NCBI RefSeq assembly: GCF_040938485.1
Contig: NW_027271795.1
Location: forward strand, 1,674,001 to 1,734,787
Length of the DNA: 60,787 bases
Direction: 5' to 3'
Source of the DNA: Diadema antillarum
Taxonomy: Eukaryota
Position numbers and translations under genes: made by a program. Positions 37,341 to 50,647 of this stretch are shown here, piece after piece. Each line of letters opens with the position of its first letter. The first letter of the stretch is position 1. Below the pieces are notes generated by a model. It had not been told where the DNA came from. It searched no databases and saw only the letters and a list, made by a program, of their open reading frames with translations.

Positions 37341-38453
37341 GTCAATACAGAGCTAAACATGTCTTCAAGTTTCAAATGGAAAAGTTAATCCAGTTGATGC
37401 ACGTTCTGTTACACCATATTTTAAGTCAAATCTTGAGTCCAGAACAAAATTAAAGCTCAGCCCTGCTCTCAGTCAAGAAAGGACATATTTCACCAGATGA
37501 ATTATTTTAATCGGTGGCATTTCACTGTGAAAACCAGGTAATCACAATGCTGCATGTGCATGACTCACATGTGATACTTAAAGAGATCATATCTCCCTAC
37601 ACATCAGAAATCATGGCAAGATTAGCCAATCACACCTTTGAGTTGTGGCAAAGATTAAAAGCTGAGTAAAAAGAAGGTACACATATTACTCAGTGTCAGA
37701 GATTTATAAAAAAAACACTATTCAAAATACCACTTGAAGGATATTTATCATGATAGAGATATGCTATTATCATAGTACTCACTTCATCTTTGAGTGAAAT
37801 TCATTCAGGGAGTAAATTGTGAGGTAGATTCATTATACATCAGAGTCATCAAAGTCTGTAAACAAAATTCCTATTCTGTTAAAGTCACTTTGTAGACATA
37901 AAAATCAATTTGATACACACAAAACGCTGAGACAGTGTAAGAACAAACTTACATATCAATCAGCATAGTTTAAAAAGAGCTCGTAAGAAAATTCTGTTGA
38001 TGCCATCTTCTGCAAAGAACTGGGATGTTTCTGACAGATGATGACAATGTGTCCATTTTCTTTTTTTTTTCAGGAGAGGAAAGAACTCACAAGATAAGAT
38101 CACAGAGAGAACTGGTGATGGTAAAATCTGACTTGTACAGTGAAGCTATAAACATCTGCTAACTAGCACCTTCATTTCTAACCACGCAACATGTGCAACA
38201 AAACAACAATCAATGTTCACAAATACTTTGCACGAAAGTCATGTGTACTTCTCGATCCCCGCAGCGACACTTGTGACTAATTCTTAATTAATCTCATGCA
38301 TGATTTTAATTGTTATGCAGGATGAAAAAAAATTTGAATGAAGTACAGCAGGTGAACCATGCTCTGACAACATAATCGCGGTATACATATACCAAGAATA
38401 TTCATGTTATAATGAAATCTCAATAACATAGTCGCCAGTAGGTTGCCTCTTAA

Positions 38454-38538
38454 CCCATTGAGGATGGGCTGATTTTCCTACAACATGCATTTCCCACAGA
38501 CACCTGCCCGAGTATACTCGGGACTTGTCTTCAGTGGG
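38454..38538 (+). mobile_element. 85-bp piggyBac-type MITE, copy A
   Basis: TTAA|cccattgagg...cttcagtggg|TTAA, with internal palindrome ccgagtatactcgg. Confidence 0.8.
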
Positions 38539-39403
38539 TTAAAAGTACATATATGTAGAACTGCAGATGGTCAAGACACATTAAGCCATGCTTGTGTTGA
38601 ATACAAAGTACAATGCTAAATTCATAAACAAGTGGGCATGTGTATTCGTAATCAACCAATAAAATCACCAGATTACACAGAATGATTGTTTACTTAATTT
38701 TTGTGGGTCGGTATGAGCAAAAATCCTGCATAGAGTGAGAAGGGGGGAGGAAATAATTAACTTGCTTTCAGTGACAAGATTTCTGTCTCTTACTACCTTC
38801 CATATGAAAGTGGAAGCATCTGTAGATCATAGTAAAAAAAACAAAAAACAGTCACATCCTCATACCACATACTGTATTGTGTAAATTCCTTCATACATGA
38901 CACTTACATACACTGCATAGTGAGTGTTACCTATCGGCTTCATGTGTGATGAGGCGCAACCTACACCATGTGTTTGTGCAAGTGTGATAAATATAACATT
39001 TATACCTGGTTGTAAATCCTTTAAAACCATATATTGGGAAGTCCAGAGTCAACCCCTCCCTGTTCCCCCTCCCCCTTCCCCCTCCTCACCCCTCCTCTCA
39101 TTCAATCTTGTGGAGAGCAGAGCAAGAAAGGGAATAACTACAGTTTCTGGTTTCATTACATGGCTGTATACATTCATTATCAAGAGGCTGGCTTACTGCT
39201 TCCGGAGTGACAAGACTGACAAATGGCATCTTTAAAATATCAATCTCATGATAATACTTGCTGTACAAATTATACAAATTTCAAAGAATTGACGTATATA
39301 ATTTAGTATGAAAAGTGGCTCAGCCAAGGAATGATTAAAGATATTTTGTCGAAATCTAATTTCTATCACACTTCATCTCAGCAAAGATGATAATGCAATA
39401 AAT

Positions 39404-39976
<573 letters not shown>

Positions 39977-40064
39977 TTAAAGAACAGTAATATACAAGTC
40001 TTAGTTGGAGATCATGAAAAATTGCAAAGGCGAGCTAATACAATGTAGTACAATGTTACCATAA

Positions 40065-42034
40065 GGCCCAATGCCCACTGTATGACCTGAGCTTGCGAGC
40101 TGGTGCAAGCTGGAGCAAGCTCCTGCATGCTGCGGTGAGGTCGCACAGTGGCGATCAAAGCTGGCACCAGCTAGCTTGAGCACGCAAGGTTTTGGACAGA
40201 AAATCTTGTGACCTGCGGTTAGCTCGCACCAACTCGCAAGCAAGTCGAACAGTGGACAACCCAAGCTCACAGCAGCTCGCAGCACCTCCCAAGCTGGGCA
40301 AGCTCGCAAGCATTCAAAAATATCTGCTCGTCCTTCCAAAAGGATACAAATCTCAAGAGAATTCATGGGAAAGTTAAGTTTTAAAGACAAATTCAAGTTC
40401 AGTTATCTAAGTTAGTTTCATAACAAAGACTAAAATCTTACAAGTATGCCTATATAAAAGTGAAAATTTGATAAAAATAAAAAGAACAGTGAAATCATGA
40501 CATTGTGAAGTGTCACTAATTTCTGCAGAACTGTTCTCGTACAGTTGATATCTATATGCAAATGAGTTGATGATGTCATCACTTCTCAATTTTTCATTGC
40601 TAGAGTACAAAAGTAATGACAAACATTCAATGTTTCTGTTATCAAAGAGTAAAATATGACGTTATCCTGGTTAGATAACTTGAATAATGATCAGATAGAC
40701 ATGTTATCAGGATTTGAGACCCAGGCAAAATTGTGCTTCAATTATAAGCTGGAAATGTAAAAAATCTATGTGCAACGTATATGGCAAATTGTAAAAAAAC
40801 AAAAGAAATGCAATCAAGACTTCACTATTTGGTTTTTTGTATTAATTGTTCAAGAACTGTTTCTAGAAAAAATTAATGAAGCTTCAAAATGCCATAACTT
40901 CTTTATTTTCATCTAATCTTTTTCCAATTTTAATAGTTTTTGCTAGAAAAATATTCCTTCCTTTCTGATTAAAAGCATAATTTACCATTTGCAGTTGAAA
41001 CAAAAATCCAGCAATAGTGCTTCAAAATAGTTTTAAAAAATAGAAATATTCAGATTTTTTTTTTTCATTTCGAAAAATTCAAAATAGTTCTAAAAAAAAA
41101 ATAGGGATAGAAACAACCAATGTAGAAATTTGAATCAATACAATTAATGTTAAGTATTGTTTAATACCGGTATACAAAATGTGAACAATAATTACAATGA
41201 AAATGTTTCTAGACTAAACCGTCTACAGTTATGGTTTAGTGAGAAAAATAGTGATACCTCCTTATATTTTAGGCTTTATTGCAAAATTCTTACAAGGTAG
41301 GATGTTTTATGATACAACTGATCTACACATATGCATCAAATGTGATATCTCGAACACTTTTTAAATCACTGCTCCCAATGGTAAACTGTACCTTTAACTC
41401 TCAGCTGCACTGTAATTCCCCTTTAAAAGTAACATATTCTAACATAAGATGACACTGTGCATTCCATTTAAAGCCCCATTCAGGCCAGATCCTGAGCAAG
41501 AAGAACTAATCGAGCAGTGATACAGGGACCAATTAAAGACTTACTCTACAATGTGGTGGCATTCAGATACCACAATAAGCCCAGTAAGGAGAAGTGGGCC
41601 GAAGGGTCCTCCAAGCTGGACCTGCATGGTAGGACCACTAATTATTGGTTGACCTGCAGTGCTGAAACCCTCAAAAAAAAGAAAAAAAAATGCTGATGAT
41701 AAATGTTACACAAACAAGCAAACAAATGAAATAAAGCATGCCTGACCATTTCCTCTATGCACATCCACACAAGTATGCCTACTGCGCCCCTCCTTGGACA
41801 CAAGCTCGGCGTGCGAAAGAATATGAAATTTGCTTATTCCTCATCCGTGCATGCATGCGTGGGGATGGATCAAAAGGCTTTTACTAGGGAGCTTGCAAAG
41901 ATGTCGCACAGTGGGCATTGAAGAGGTCGCGTCTGCAATGAGATCGCAGCAGCTTGCTGGAGAGCTGGTGTGAGCTCAAGTTCACTTTCAACTCGTACCA
42001 GCTCGCAGGATCAGGTCGCAGTGTGCATTGGGCC
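40065..42034. mobile_element. Old non-autonomous Harbinger-like element with nested insertions
   Basis: About 40-bp imperfect TIRs: taa|ggcccaatgcccactg...gcgagctgg and ccagctcgc...cagtgtgcattgggcc. Internal (a/g)gctcgca subrepeats near both ends. Confidence 0.65.
40830..41398. mobile_element. Kolobok-like fragment nested in the Harbinger relic
   Basis: ttgttcaagaactgtttt...cttcaaaatgccataactt is shared with 8749-8800. Ends aaactgtacctttaa. Confidence 0.45.
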
Positions 42035-42336
42035 ATACAGAATATTTCAGACACTATGAGGACTAAAAGGACCCCTACCCTCCCCTAAATGACTGCCATA
42101 AATAACAACAGCGGAAAGCTGGAGGTCACTAACTCCTTGTTCTGCAACAATGCCAACATCATTTCACAGCTTTTGGTTCTACCATGACAAAAACTACATG
42201 ATAATCTCTTTATGCTGCTAAGCAGAGCATCAACACAGAGGTGCTTCCTTTGTAGTTTGCTATAATGTACACATAGTATGAGGATTCATGACATCAATGT
42301 AACTATCCTTTCCGTCTTTCCAGTGGAGACTGTTAA

Positions 42337-42763
42337 AGGTTTTACGACATACAAATGCTACCATCAACATTACTTTTGCAGTGAAACGAATATCTAGAAA
42401 CAATCCATATATTTTTAAATGCACCCTCCCCGAGACCGAGCATAACTTGCATGTTCCCTCACCATGTCTTGTGTTAGTTACATTAATATCACAGAAACAT
42501 GCAAGTTATGCTGAGTTGAGGGGAAGGTGCATTCCAGTGTCTTTCGTTAAACATATCAGTACTTTAGCAATGATTGACAGATCGCAACCAGAATCTTGGT
42601 TTGGAAGATTTTTTTGTGGATGTATCCAAGTAATCTGAAGAAAAATACAAGAAAAATTATTGTAATATATGGAAAGTTTCTAGATATTCATTTCACCACA
42701 AAATGATGTTGAGGGTATCATGAATCGACATAAATCAATGTGCATTTGTATGTCATAAAACCT
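42337..42763. mobile_element. Kolobok-like MITE, 427 bp
   Basis: TTAA|aggttttacgacatacaaatgc ... gcatttgtatgtcataaaacct|TGAA, a 21/22 TIR match with a degenerate TTAA TSD. Confidence 0.7.
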
Positions 42764-42812
42764 TGAAATGGATATTACTGTACAGAGACAAAAATACATT
42801 TACATGTACCTA

Positions 42813-43052
<240 letters not shown>

Positions 43053-43694
43053 TCAGCAAATCAACACACGATACTGTGCTATCTCGAATACTGTATGAGG
43101 CAAGAAGTTTGTGGATGTTTTGCAATTAATAAATCGTCGCTGGGGTGATAAGACCTTGTATCTGCAATTCTGGTGAAAATGAGTTTTTTGGATTAATGGT
43201 CAAATAATGGGTTAAGTGATGTCCTGTCCAAATCCCAACTGTCTTACTCCAAAAATGAAGCCACCACGGCATGTCGAAGGAAAGGCTATCCCATTCGCCA
43301 CAGTGCTTTGGCCGCCATGTTTTTTGGCTCTCCTGAACATTTGACATTTTGTAGATACGAGGTCTTATCGCCCCAGCGACGAAATAGATGATTGAGTTCA
43401 GCACCAATACAATTCACTTCTGCAGGGCTTGTTTTCTTCTTTTTTTTACTTTAAAGTTTCAGGCATGGAAGTGAAAGAATTCAAAATTTTCAGCATCTGA
43501 TAATCTAAACATGATGCAAATTCATTGGCCATTCACTACTTTAAACATTCTTGAATAAATTCTTAAATCCATTTACATTCTTTGGTAATTCAAATATGTC
43601 TTATGTATATCTCTCTATCAGTTAATATTCTTCAATTACAGATCACCTCAATGCATGTCTATTCAAAATAGCATTAATATGAATAATAGTTCAC

Positions 43695-44383
43695 CCTCTA
43701 TGGTGCATATCCTCTTGTATCCTGCATCTGCCATCGTTGTCTTGGCTCCGCATGTTGGGCAGAACTTGTAACGGTCGTGCCAGGCCAGCATGGACCTCCC
43801 CTGAGCGATGATACCAGCATCTTCCTCTCTTAACGTCATGAGCGCCAATCTGTTCCTCCTAGATAAGGCCTCAGCCTCTGGCTTCACTTCCTGCATCTTC
43901 TCATCCGGTATACTCGTCACATCCAGGGCAAACCACGCTCCTTCCTGAAGGCGCTCTCCTCCATTTTGCTCCTGCTTTGGAGAGGCCTTCAGACTCTGGT
44001 GCACTGGTCCCACACCTAAAAAGACAGTGGAAGATTCCGCCTCATTCAAAGCGAAGGAGATCTCCCCATATGTGTATGCAGCAAGGGCATACTGGAACGA
44101 TCCATCACTGCTCTCTGAAGGGGTGACGTAAGGGTTCAGGTCTCGGTAGAGCACATAGGTGGTGGTGGGATCTCTCATGGCGTCGTCCAGCCACTGTCGG
44201 TCAGTACGTCGGTGGCTCTGCCGATCCAGAGGATTGACACCAAAGAAGTTGACCACATCCTTCTCAGCAGCCTTCTTGGCCTGTGGATCACTCCGCAAGA
44301 GACTGACCACTGAAGAGTGGTCCCAGAACTCAGCAATGTCCAGAGAGTTTTGCCCTGATTTGTTGCGGAGAAGTGGATCGCAC
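43695..44383 (-). CDS. NUDT12: NUDT12 coding exon 2 (end of ankyrin region, NudC-like domain, zinc ribbon)
   Basis: CDPLLRNKSGQNSLDIAEFW, FFGVNPLDRQSHRRTD, GRSMLAWHDRYKFCPTCG...KRICTIEG. Acceptor tgcag, donor gtgaac. Confidence 0.95.
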
Positions 44384-44770
44384 CTGCATACATTAAGAAA
44401 TTCATGCACACAAATGATGCAAACACATCAAAATGGAGCAACATAATACTTGGCTGGAGAGATTACAGCATATGATCATTTGAGATCAGGGATGTGATGT
44501 CAAAAGGGCAGATGCTAAAACCATTTCCTATACCAAAAATAATTTCAATCTTATGAGTGTATATAAAATTTACACAGTAGTCAAATTCTCATTTGCATTG
44601 ATTCCATTTGCTCTCCAAAAGTCCTTTGGCTGTACCGGTATGTCCTTTATAGTATGAAAAAACTTCACTGTGGTCAGTGCGCAGCAAGATAAATGAACAA
44701 AACAAACAAACAAACAAAAATAGAAAAAGATACCACCTTTCCCGTTTGCACCACCTGACCATTCACTCAC

Positions 44771-44985
44771 CCACAGTCTAACAGGAGCTTGACCACCTCG
44801 GCATGGCCATTGCGGGATGCGAGCATCATGGCCGTCCAGCCCTGCTCGTTGCGCTCATCGAGACCAGTCTTCAAAGCCTTGAGCATGCGGGCGACCTTGG
44901 CACTGTCGCCCTGAGCAGCACCACTCTGGAGCTGGCTGAGGATTTGCTCTCTGGGAGACGTGGCGTCCCTGACCGTGGGATCCAT
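44771..44985 (-). CDS. NUDT12: NUDT12 coding exon 1 (ankyrin repeats); the exon extends through 5'UTR to an acceptor at 45043
   Basis: MDPTV...AAQGD...GWTAMMLASRNGHAEVVKLLLDCG. Donor gg|gtgagt, acceptor tttccag at 45044-45050. The spliced product totals 462 aa. Confidence 0.92.
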
Positions 44986-46739
44986 CTTGGTTTGGTCCTG
45001 TAGCTGAATTTATTGAAGGCTCTCTAATCTGATCTTGATCCACCTGGAAACCAGAGTGTTATGAATGAGACACAGATCATCATCATTCTTCTAAATTTGG
45101 ACTATGAGCTGCCACTGTGTGAAAGAACAAAGTCATGATTTCCCTTTGATCTATAACTGTGCATTCGATAAAAATTATGAGGAGCAAATATTTGTAGAGT
45201 GCTGCTACAGAAATGTATAAATGAGTTGATGGCATACATTTTTCTCTAAAAACATAAGTCTATAGATTTAGTATGGGGTGTGTGTCATGGCACTATCATG
45301 TAAATGGATGGGGTATATTCCACTGTGGTTCCTTTTCCTACTAATACTATTTCTGGACAGAACTGACTTTTGTTTTATATCATCATCATGAATAAACATG
45401 CAAAACTGACTTTATATTAGTGTTTAAATGAATGTTTTAAGATTGCTCAGAAAGATGGCAGCATCAAACATCAACATCACAGCCAAGAAGGCACAACACC
45501 ATTAACATATAGACCACATCTAGGTCTACACAGAATTCTTTTGTGCATCCTTTGAAAAACTGACAAGTGCTTGAATAATTTCAGCCGATAAAATGAGATC
45601 AGCAGTGACACATAACAAGTACAAAACAGTGCAAACTACAAAAACAAAATCCTCGCATTGTCTTTGCTCGGGGCTATTAACCATAACATTTCTTAAAATG
45701 CAATAGCTGGGCTTACCAAGAAATGTCTTTTGTTTAATTACAATTAGTAACACTACTAAAACTTGTTCGCTAGTTGTCAGGCACGCTTACAATATCTCTC
45801 TACATTCAATGCGGCACAACACTCACAGTTCGCTGTGCAGTGGGCGCCTAGCGTTAGCTCTAGCTCACCGACTGTGCTGCAAATCCACAGCTGATTTTAT
45901 GGTCAATATTTATTTTGTAAATTGTGCAAAATCATGCCATGATCACGGCGATGACAATCATAAATACGTCATATAGGCGGACGACAACAGAAGCTTACCT
46001 ATTAATCAGTAGTAATTGGGGATCGCGTTCATTAGTGATATGTAATATCACAGATTGGAGGGCTTACCTTCAATATTTTGTCTATCTCCCATTCCCCAAC
46101 CTTGATCACACATTCAATTGACGAGGGTTTACAACAACCTACCTACATGTACTGTATTGCGTAAGAGTTGCAACGCCGAGACTGATAGACTTAGCAGAAG
46201 GGTGATATTATTTCCCTATGGAGGTGGTAACATTACGGCTGGTATACCTCATTGATTCTTTCGAAAAACAACTAAAAAGAGTCTAGCAAACACGTAAATC
46301 TTGCACCACTGGCACTGCATTTCGGCAATTCGGTGCATTTTGTATGCGCACCGGTAAGTGTAGCCCGTACGTAACACATGCACGGATGGAAGGAAAAAGA
46401 CGCATCTGAGTTCCGTCCTGTCAAGAAGCCAAGGTGTTTGTTCTGGGAAACGTAAGTTTACGCCGATATGATAGTAATGTCAGGTTAACTTGAGGCATTT
46501 CATATTCAATGTCATATTTCTCTGGCAGCTACTACGAACCGAACCGCTTGCACTGACTAACGTTAGTGTGCAGCTAATCACCAGCTGTCTACACTGACAT
46601 TTAAATCATGATAGTCCCAGAAATGTAATATAATGTTGGATGCATATGCATGTAGTTATTGTAGGTTATAAAATTTACTAGACGTCTATGGTTCACTTTT
46701 AAAATACACAATAACCGATATAGACACTATGGAAAAATA

Positions 46740-47790
46740 GGGTAAATTACAGAATACCGGCAGCCAATCACGGAGAGCGCAAATCGCTCTGAAAAGAGCG
46801 TAATTACGCTTGCCGATAGCAACTATCTGAAATATTAATCCGATCTGCGATACGGTTCGTGATTCGGCTGTCGACGATTGCATTTGTTTACGTGTGTTTT
46901 CTTTGATCTGTGCGGTGAGAAGTGTGGTATCTTACGTTGTTCTCGGGGGTTTCGGGGGTGTCCCCCGAATAATGTAGTTCTAGATCCTGACGATGCTAGT
47001 CTAGACTAGCCGTTAAAATTTACCCGAATTTACGATGTATACTCACGTTTTCAGGAGTCGAGGATAGTCCATATCTTAGAAATCGATAGCAATTTAGGTG
47101 AGACTAGAAAACAATCACTTATCTAATTGCTGGTGCTAGCTTACAGTAGAGCTTACGCACTGTGTGGGTGCTCTTGACAGCCCACCATGTTGACTCTATG
47201 CAGTCGTACAACAACAGTACCTACACACAACAGCTTATGATGCGTACGTGTGCAGTGGTAGCGCGTATTGAGTCTGCAGAACGCGCGCATGTTTACTAGT
47301 ACAGTGTACAATACGTATAGCAATTGAGTGCGCACATGTCTCTTGACAATACGCGTATACGTGCTGCCTTGCCAAACTAGTGTCTATAGAGCGATTGATC
47401 GTGAATGACTTGTGTCGAAAAGAGAATGATGAAGGAAGGAGGATGTCAGCTGTGATGACGTCATCAAGTTTAAAGTAGTTCCGTCAAAATCGGCTCGATT
47501 TTCTTTATCGACGATTTACTCGAGTTATCTTGATTTAGAGCAGTTTTCCTCTGAAACCACTCAATTTTCATAAAAATTGTGTGGTCAACCTACTTTTTGA
47601 CGGCCGTTCCGTTCCCGGGCTTTTTGGGGGCCCCAGACGACGGGAAAGATGAATTTCAGCCCTTCGGGCTGAAATTCATCTCTAAGGGAGAGCCGCCGGA
47701 GGCGGGGCCGGAGGCCCCGCCTCCGGCGGCTCTTATACGCACCAATATGCTAATTTATATGGCGCAAAACCGGTATTCTGTAATTTCCCC
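46740..47790 (+). mobile_element. 1051-bp non-autonomous TIR DNA transposon, copy 1 (8-bp TSD)
   Basis: 21-bp TIRs gggtaaattacagaataccgg / ccggtattctgtaatttcccc (20/21). TSD gaaaaata at 46732-46739 and 47791-47798. Confidence 0.95.
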
Positions 47791-50556
47791 GAAAAATAAA
47801 TTCACTATGCACTATAAGGCAATTGTGCACTTTACGGTTGCTCTAATTCTAACGCCCTTCCTACTCCTAGCCCCAGAGACCGCGCCTTGCGGCGCGGTCC
47901 TGGCGGCTACCTCGCAGCTGCGCAGCTGAGCGGGAGCAAAAATCACGAATAACTCCATTGCATTGCCACATTCACGGCGACTTCACAAATAAAGCACGGC
48001 TAAATTTCTATCATAAACACTGTGACAATAAAAAATGAAATATACGTTACCTTTTCGACTTGGTTCTTCTCACCCATTTATCTAGGTTCTGCAAAATTTC
48101 CACATTTTTTAGGAGTAATAAGCGGCCTGCCCTAGTGCAACAGTGGAGAGACTTGCTGCTATATCCATTAGTACATATCTACGCATGCGTAAACAATGAT
48201 GTCAACGTTATGGACACTCAAGGATATGAATGATGCACCATCGCACGGTGCTTACAAGGTGAAATGAATATGCATCATGTAGCCAGCAATACAGCTGTCA
48301 ATGCACTGCACTGCATGCATGCTGTGCGCATGTGCAAGTGATTGTGAGTTTTAGTGAGCATCGGTGAGCTGAAGATATTCGCCTTTAAGACAACATTTTC
48401 TGCATCATAAGCAATGAAATGCATCAAACAGTCACCGAAATTAATCATTTAGGATTAATCGACCCATGTAAGTATTCCTAGTAGTTTTTGTTGAAAAACT
48501 AAGGAAATATAGCGCCGAAACGGCACCGTTTTGTACAACTCCTCGATCTGAATGCGAAAACGGCGTAGCCCCAACGCTGCACGTTGGGGCTGGTCGCAGT
48601 TAATGCCCTTCCCTGCTCTGTGCTATGTATGACTGAGGCGCAAGCGTGATTGAGAATAACTAGTCTATACACAGCCCAGTCGCTGTAAAATAGTGATAGG
48701 GCTGTACCGGCACGACCCACAACACAAAGAGAGCTCAGCGATGGCTTTGCGATGGCTTTGAGTTTTGATACTTGAGATCATTTTTTGTCACCTCAAGCGC
48801 TCAAACGTAACTCATTGATCATCTAATGAGTAATGTAGATCTTCATTAGTGAGACTGTCATATCTATGCTATCAATATTGACATACCAGGTACACATTTC
48901 ACAACTTACCGAAAATGAAGAGTATATGCAGCATTTGACCGAATGATCGGTCTGTATCTGGTCGTCGGGGAAATGTTCCGCGGAGACTGCATCTGGCTTC
49001 ATGGATCCCCTCCGTATACAGACCGAAGTCAATGATCCTGGCTCCTGTGTGGATGCGCTGCCAGCGGTCGCGCACAGATCAAACGTTACGATAAACCAAA
49101 TTTCAGACAGCTTTTTTACATTCAAACCAAGTTTGACAGGACATGACACATTATGCAGCAATATTTGGGGTAAATTTCTCACATTGTGCAATTGAAATAC
49201 TCACAGTAACTAGGTTATAACGCAGAAATTTTATCCATATCGCAACATCGCCGTTCGCTAGCCGTAAGTCGCCATTTTGAATCTGTTAGCCAATCACATG
49301 AGAGGTACATGTTTTAATTAAAAAAACACGTAGAAACTACCTCGCATGCGATTGGCTAAGGGATTCATATGTTGCTGCAGTTTGAACGTGACGACGCGAC
49401 GGGCTGGTTGATCGGTGTTTTACGTTGAAAATTCTACCAAAATGTTGGATTATTCATTAATCTGGTGAGTGTAGCGCATTTTTGAAATGTTGATTTTGAT
49501 ATACAAGCTTAAATTTGCCGACCTAGGGCCGTGAATTAGACGCAATCGAGAAGGGTGAGGTACCTCACCCAATTTTCCATAGAGACAGTGGTTAAGACCA
49601 TCCACACAGCGATGTGTACTATCAACTTCCGTCTGTCTACGGAGGAGAGCGATAATGTTAAAAAAATAAACGACTCCTCCGGACAGACGGATCTTTCTGT
49701 CTAATGCAGCATGTGCGAACGGTACATCTGATGATCGGGAGTTCTCGCGATCTGAATGCACTTTTAAAGTTCACGCTGTCGACCGTGCTGCTACCAAAGA
49801 GCGCACGCACGCAGTAGATCACTGCACTTCCCGCCACGCATGCATAATTTGCATTTGCTGAGTGGTCAACACGCCATTTTGAATTCTGCAACGATGAAGC
49901 CCGATGGTCGGGGATTGCGCTAGAAAGTGCCATTTTTTTGTTAAATGGACTTATCGTGAGGGCTTTCTATGATGGGCTTATGTACCTTCAATGATATAAG
50001 CATGCACTTTACGTGAGTAACGTACAAATGTCTGTACATGTAAGTAATGTATAAATTGTTGTAAGTTTTGTAGTTGTGTTGTGGTTCCCCACTTTGATGG
50101 CGAGGCCCGGTCTGTCTGACGCTGTGCTTCGCACAGCATCTGGTCGGGCTAGATTGAGAAGAGACAAACAGTAGGGTGCTGTGCATTGGCACACAACGCA
50201 CGGAATGCAACCAGTGGTAAACTTTCGTCCTTCATTCATGATTTTAAATGGATGGACGCTGCATTATTATCTCAAGCAGATTAATAATTAACCTATCGCA
50301 GAGGATATTATGTCCGCTGATTGTCAGTGATACCTAGCTTTATGTAGTATGTGAATTCATTGACACTGTGATCCTATCTAGTATCAAGTAAACTTGATAC
50401 TAGATAAACTTGCAGAAGAATGCATCTTATAGTTAGTGAAATGAGATTCGTTATGTGCTTTGTCTCTGACCATATGACCCAGGTTCCTTATGAGGTCCGG
50501 ACCTCCCCTATAATATACACACACCACTCACTGGCTGCTGAAGGAATACACCAACC

Positions 50557-50647
50557 ATGAGAACTGTTCCTGTTCAAAAGTTGGCTGAATTGCAGAAGAA
50601 TGCAGATAGAATCAGGAACATCTGCATATTGGCTCATGTTGACCATG
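50557..50647 (+). CDS. EFL1: EFL1 coding exon 1
   Basis: MRTVPVQKLAELQKNADRIRNICILAHVDHG (G1 P-loop). Donor g|gtaaga. Likely 5'UTR acceptor at 50481-50482. Not in the ORF track. Confidence 0.93.

Noticed and set aside
47579-47929. Near-identical ORFs at 47579-47929 and 57979-58329 (and 47153/58565)
   Set aside because: They start at GTG, run out of the element into different flanks, and show no transposase motifs. They are by-products of the duplicated transposon.
48910-49080. Minus-strand frame reading RIIDFGLYTEGIHE...GT...SFGQML (kinase DFG-like), and another frame reading SAEHFPDD (THAP-like)
   Set aside because: There are under 60 codons between stops, the subdomain spacing is wrong, and no other kinase or THAP motifs are present. 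Probably chance, though a frameshift-aware search could revisit it.
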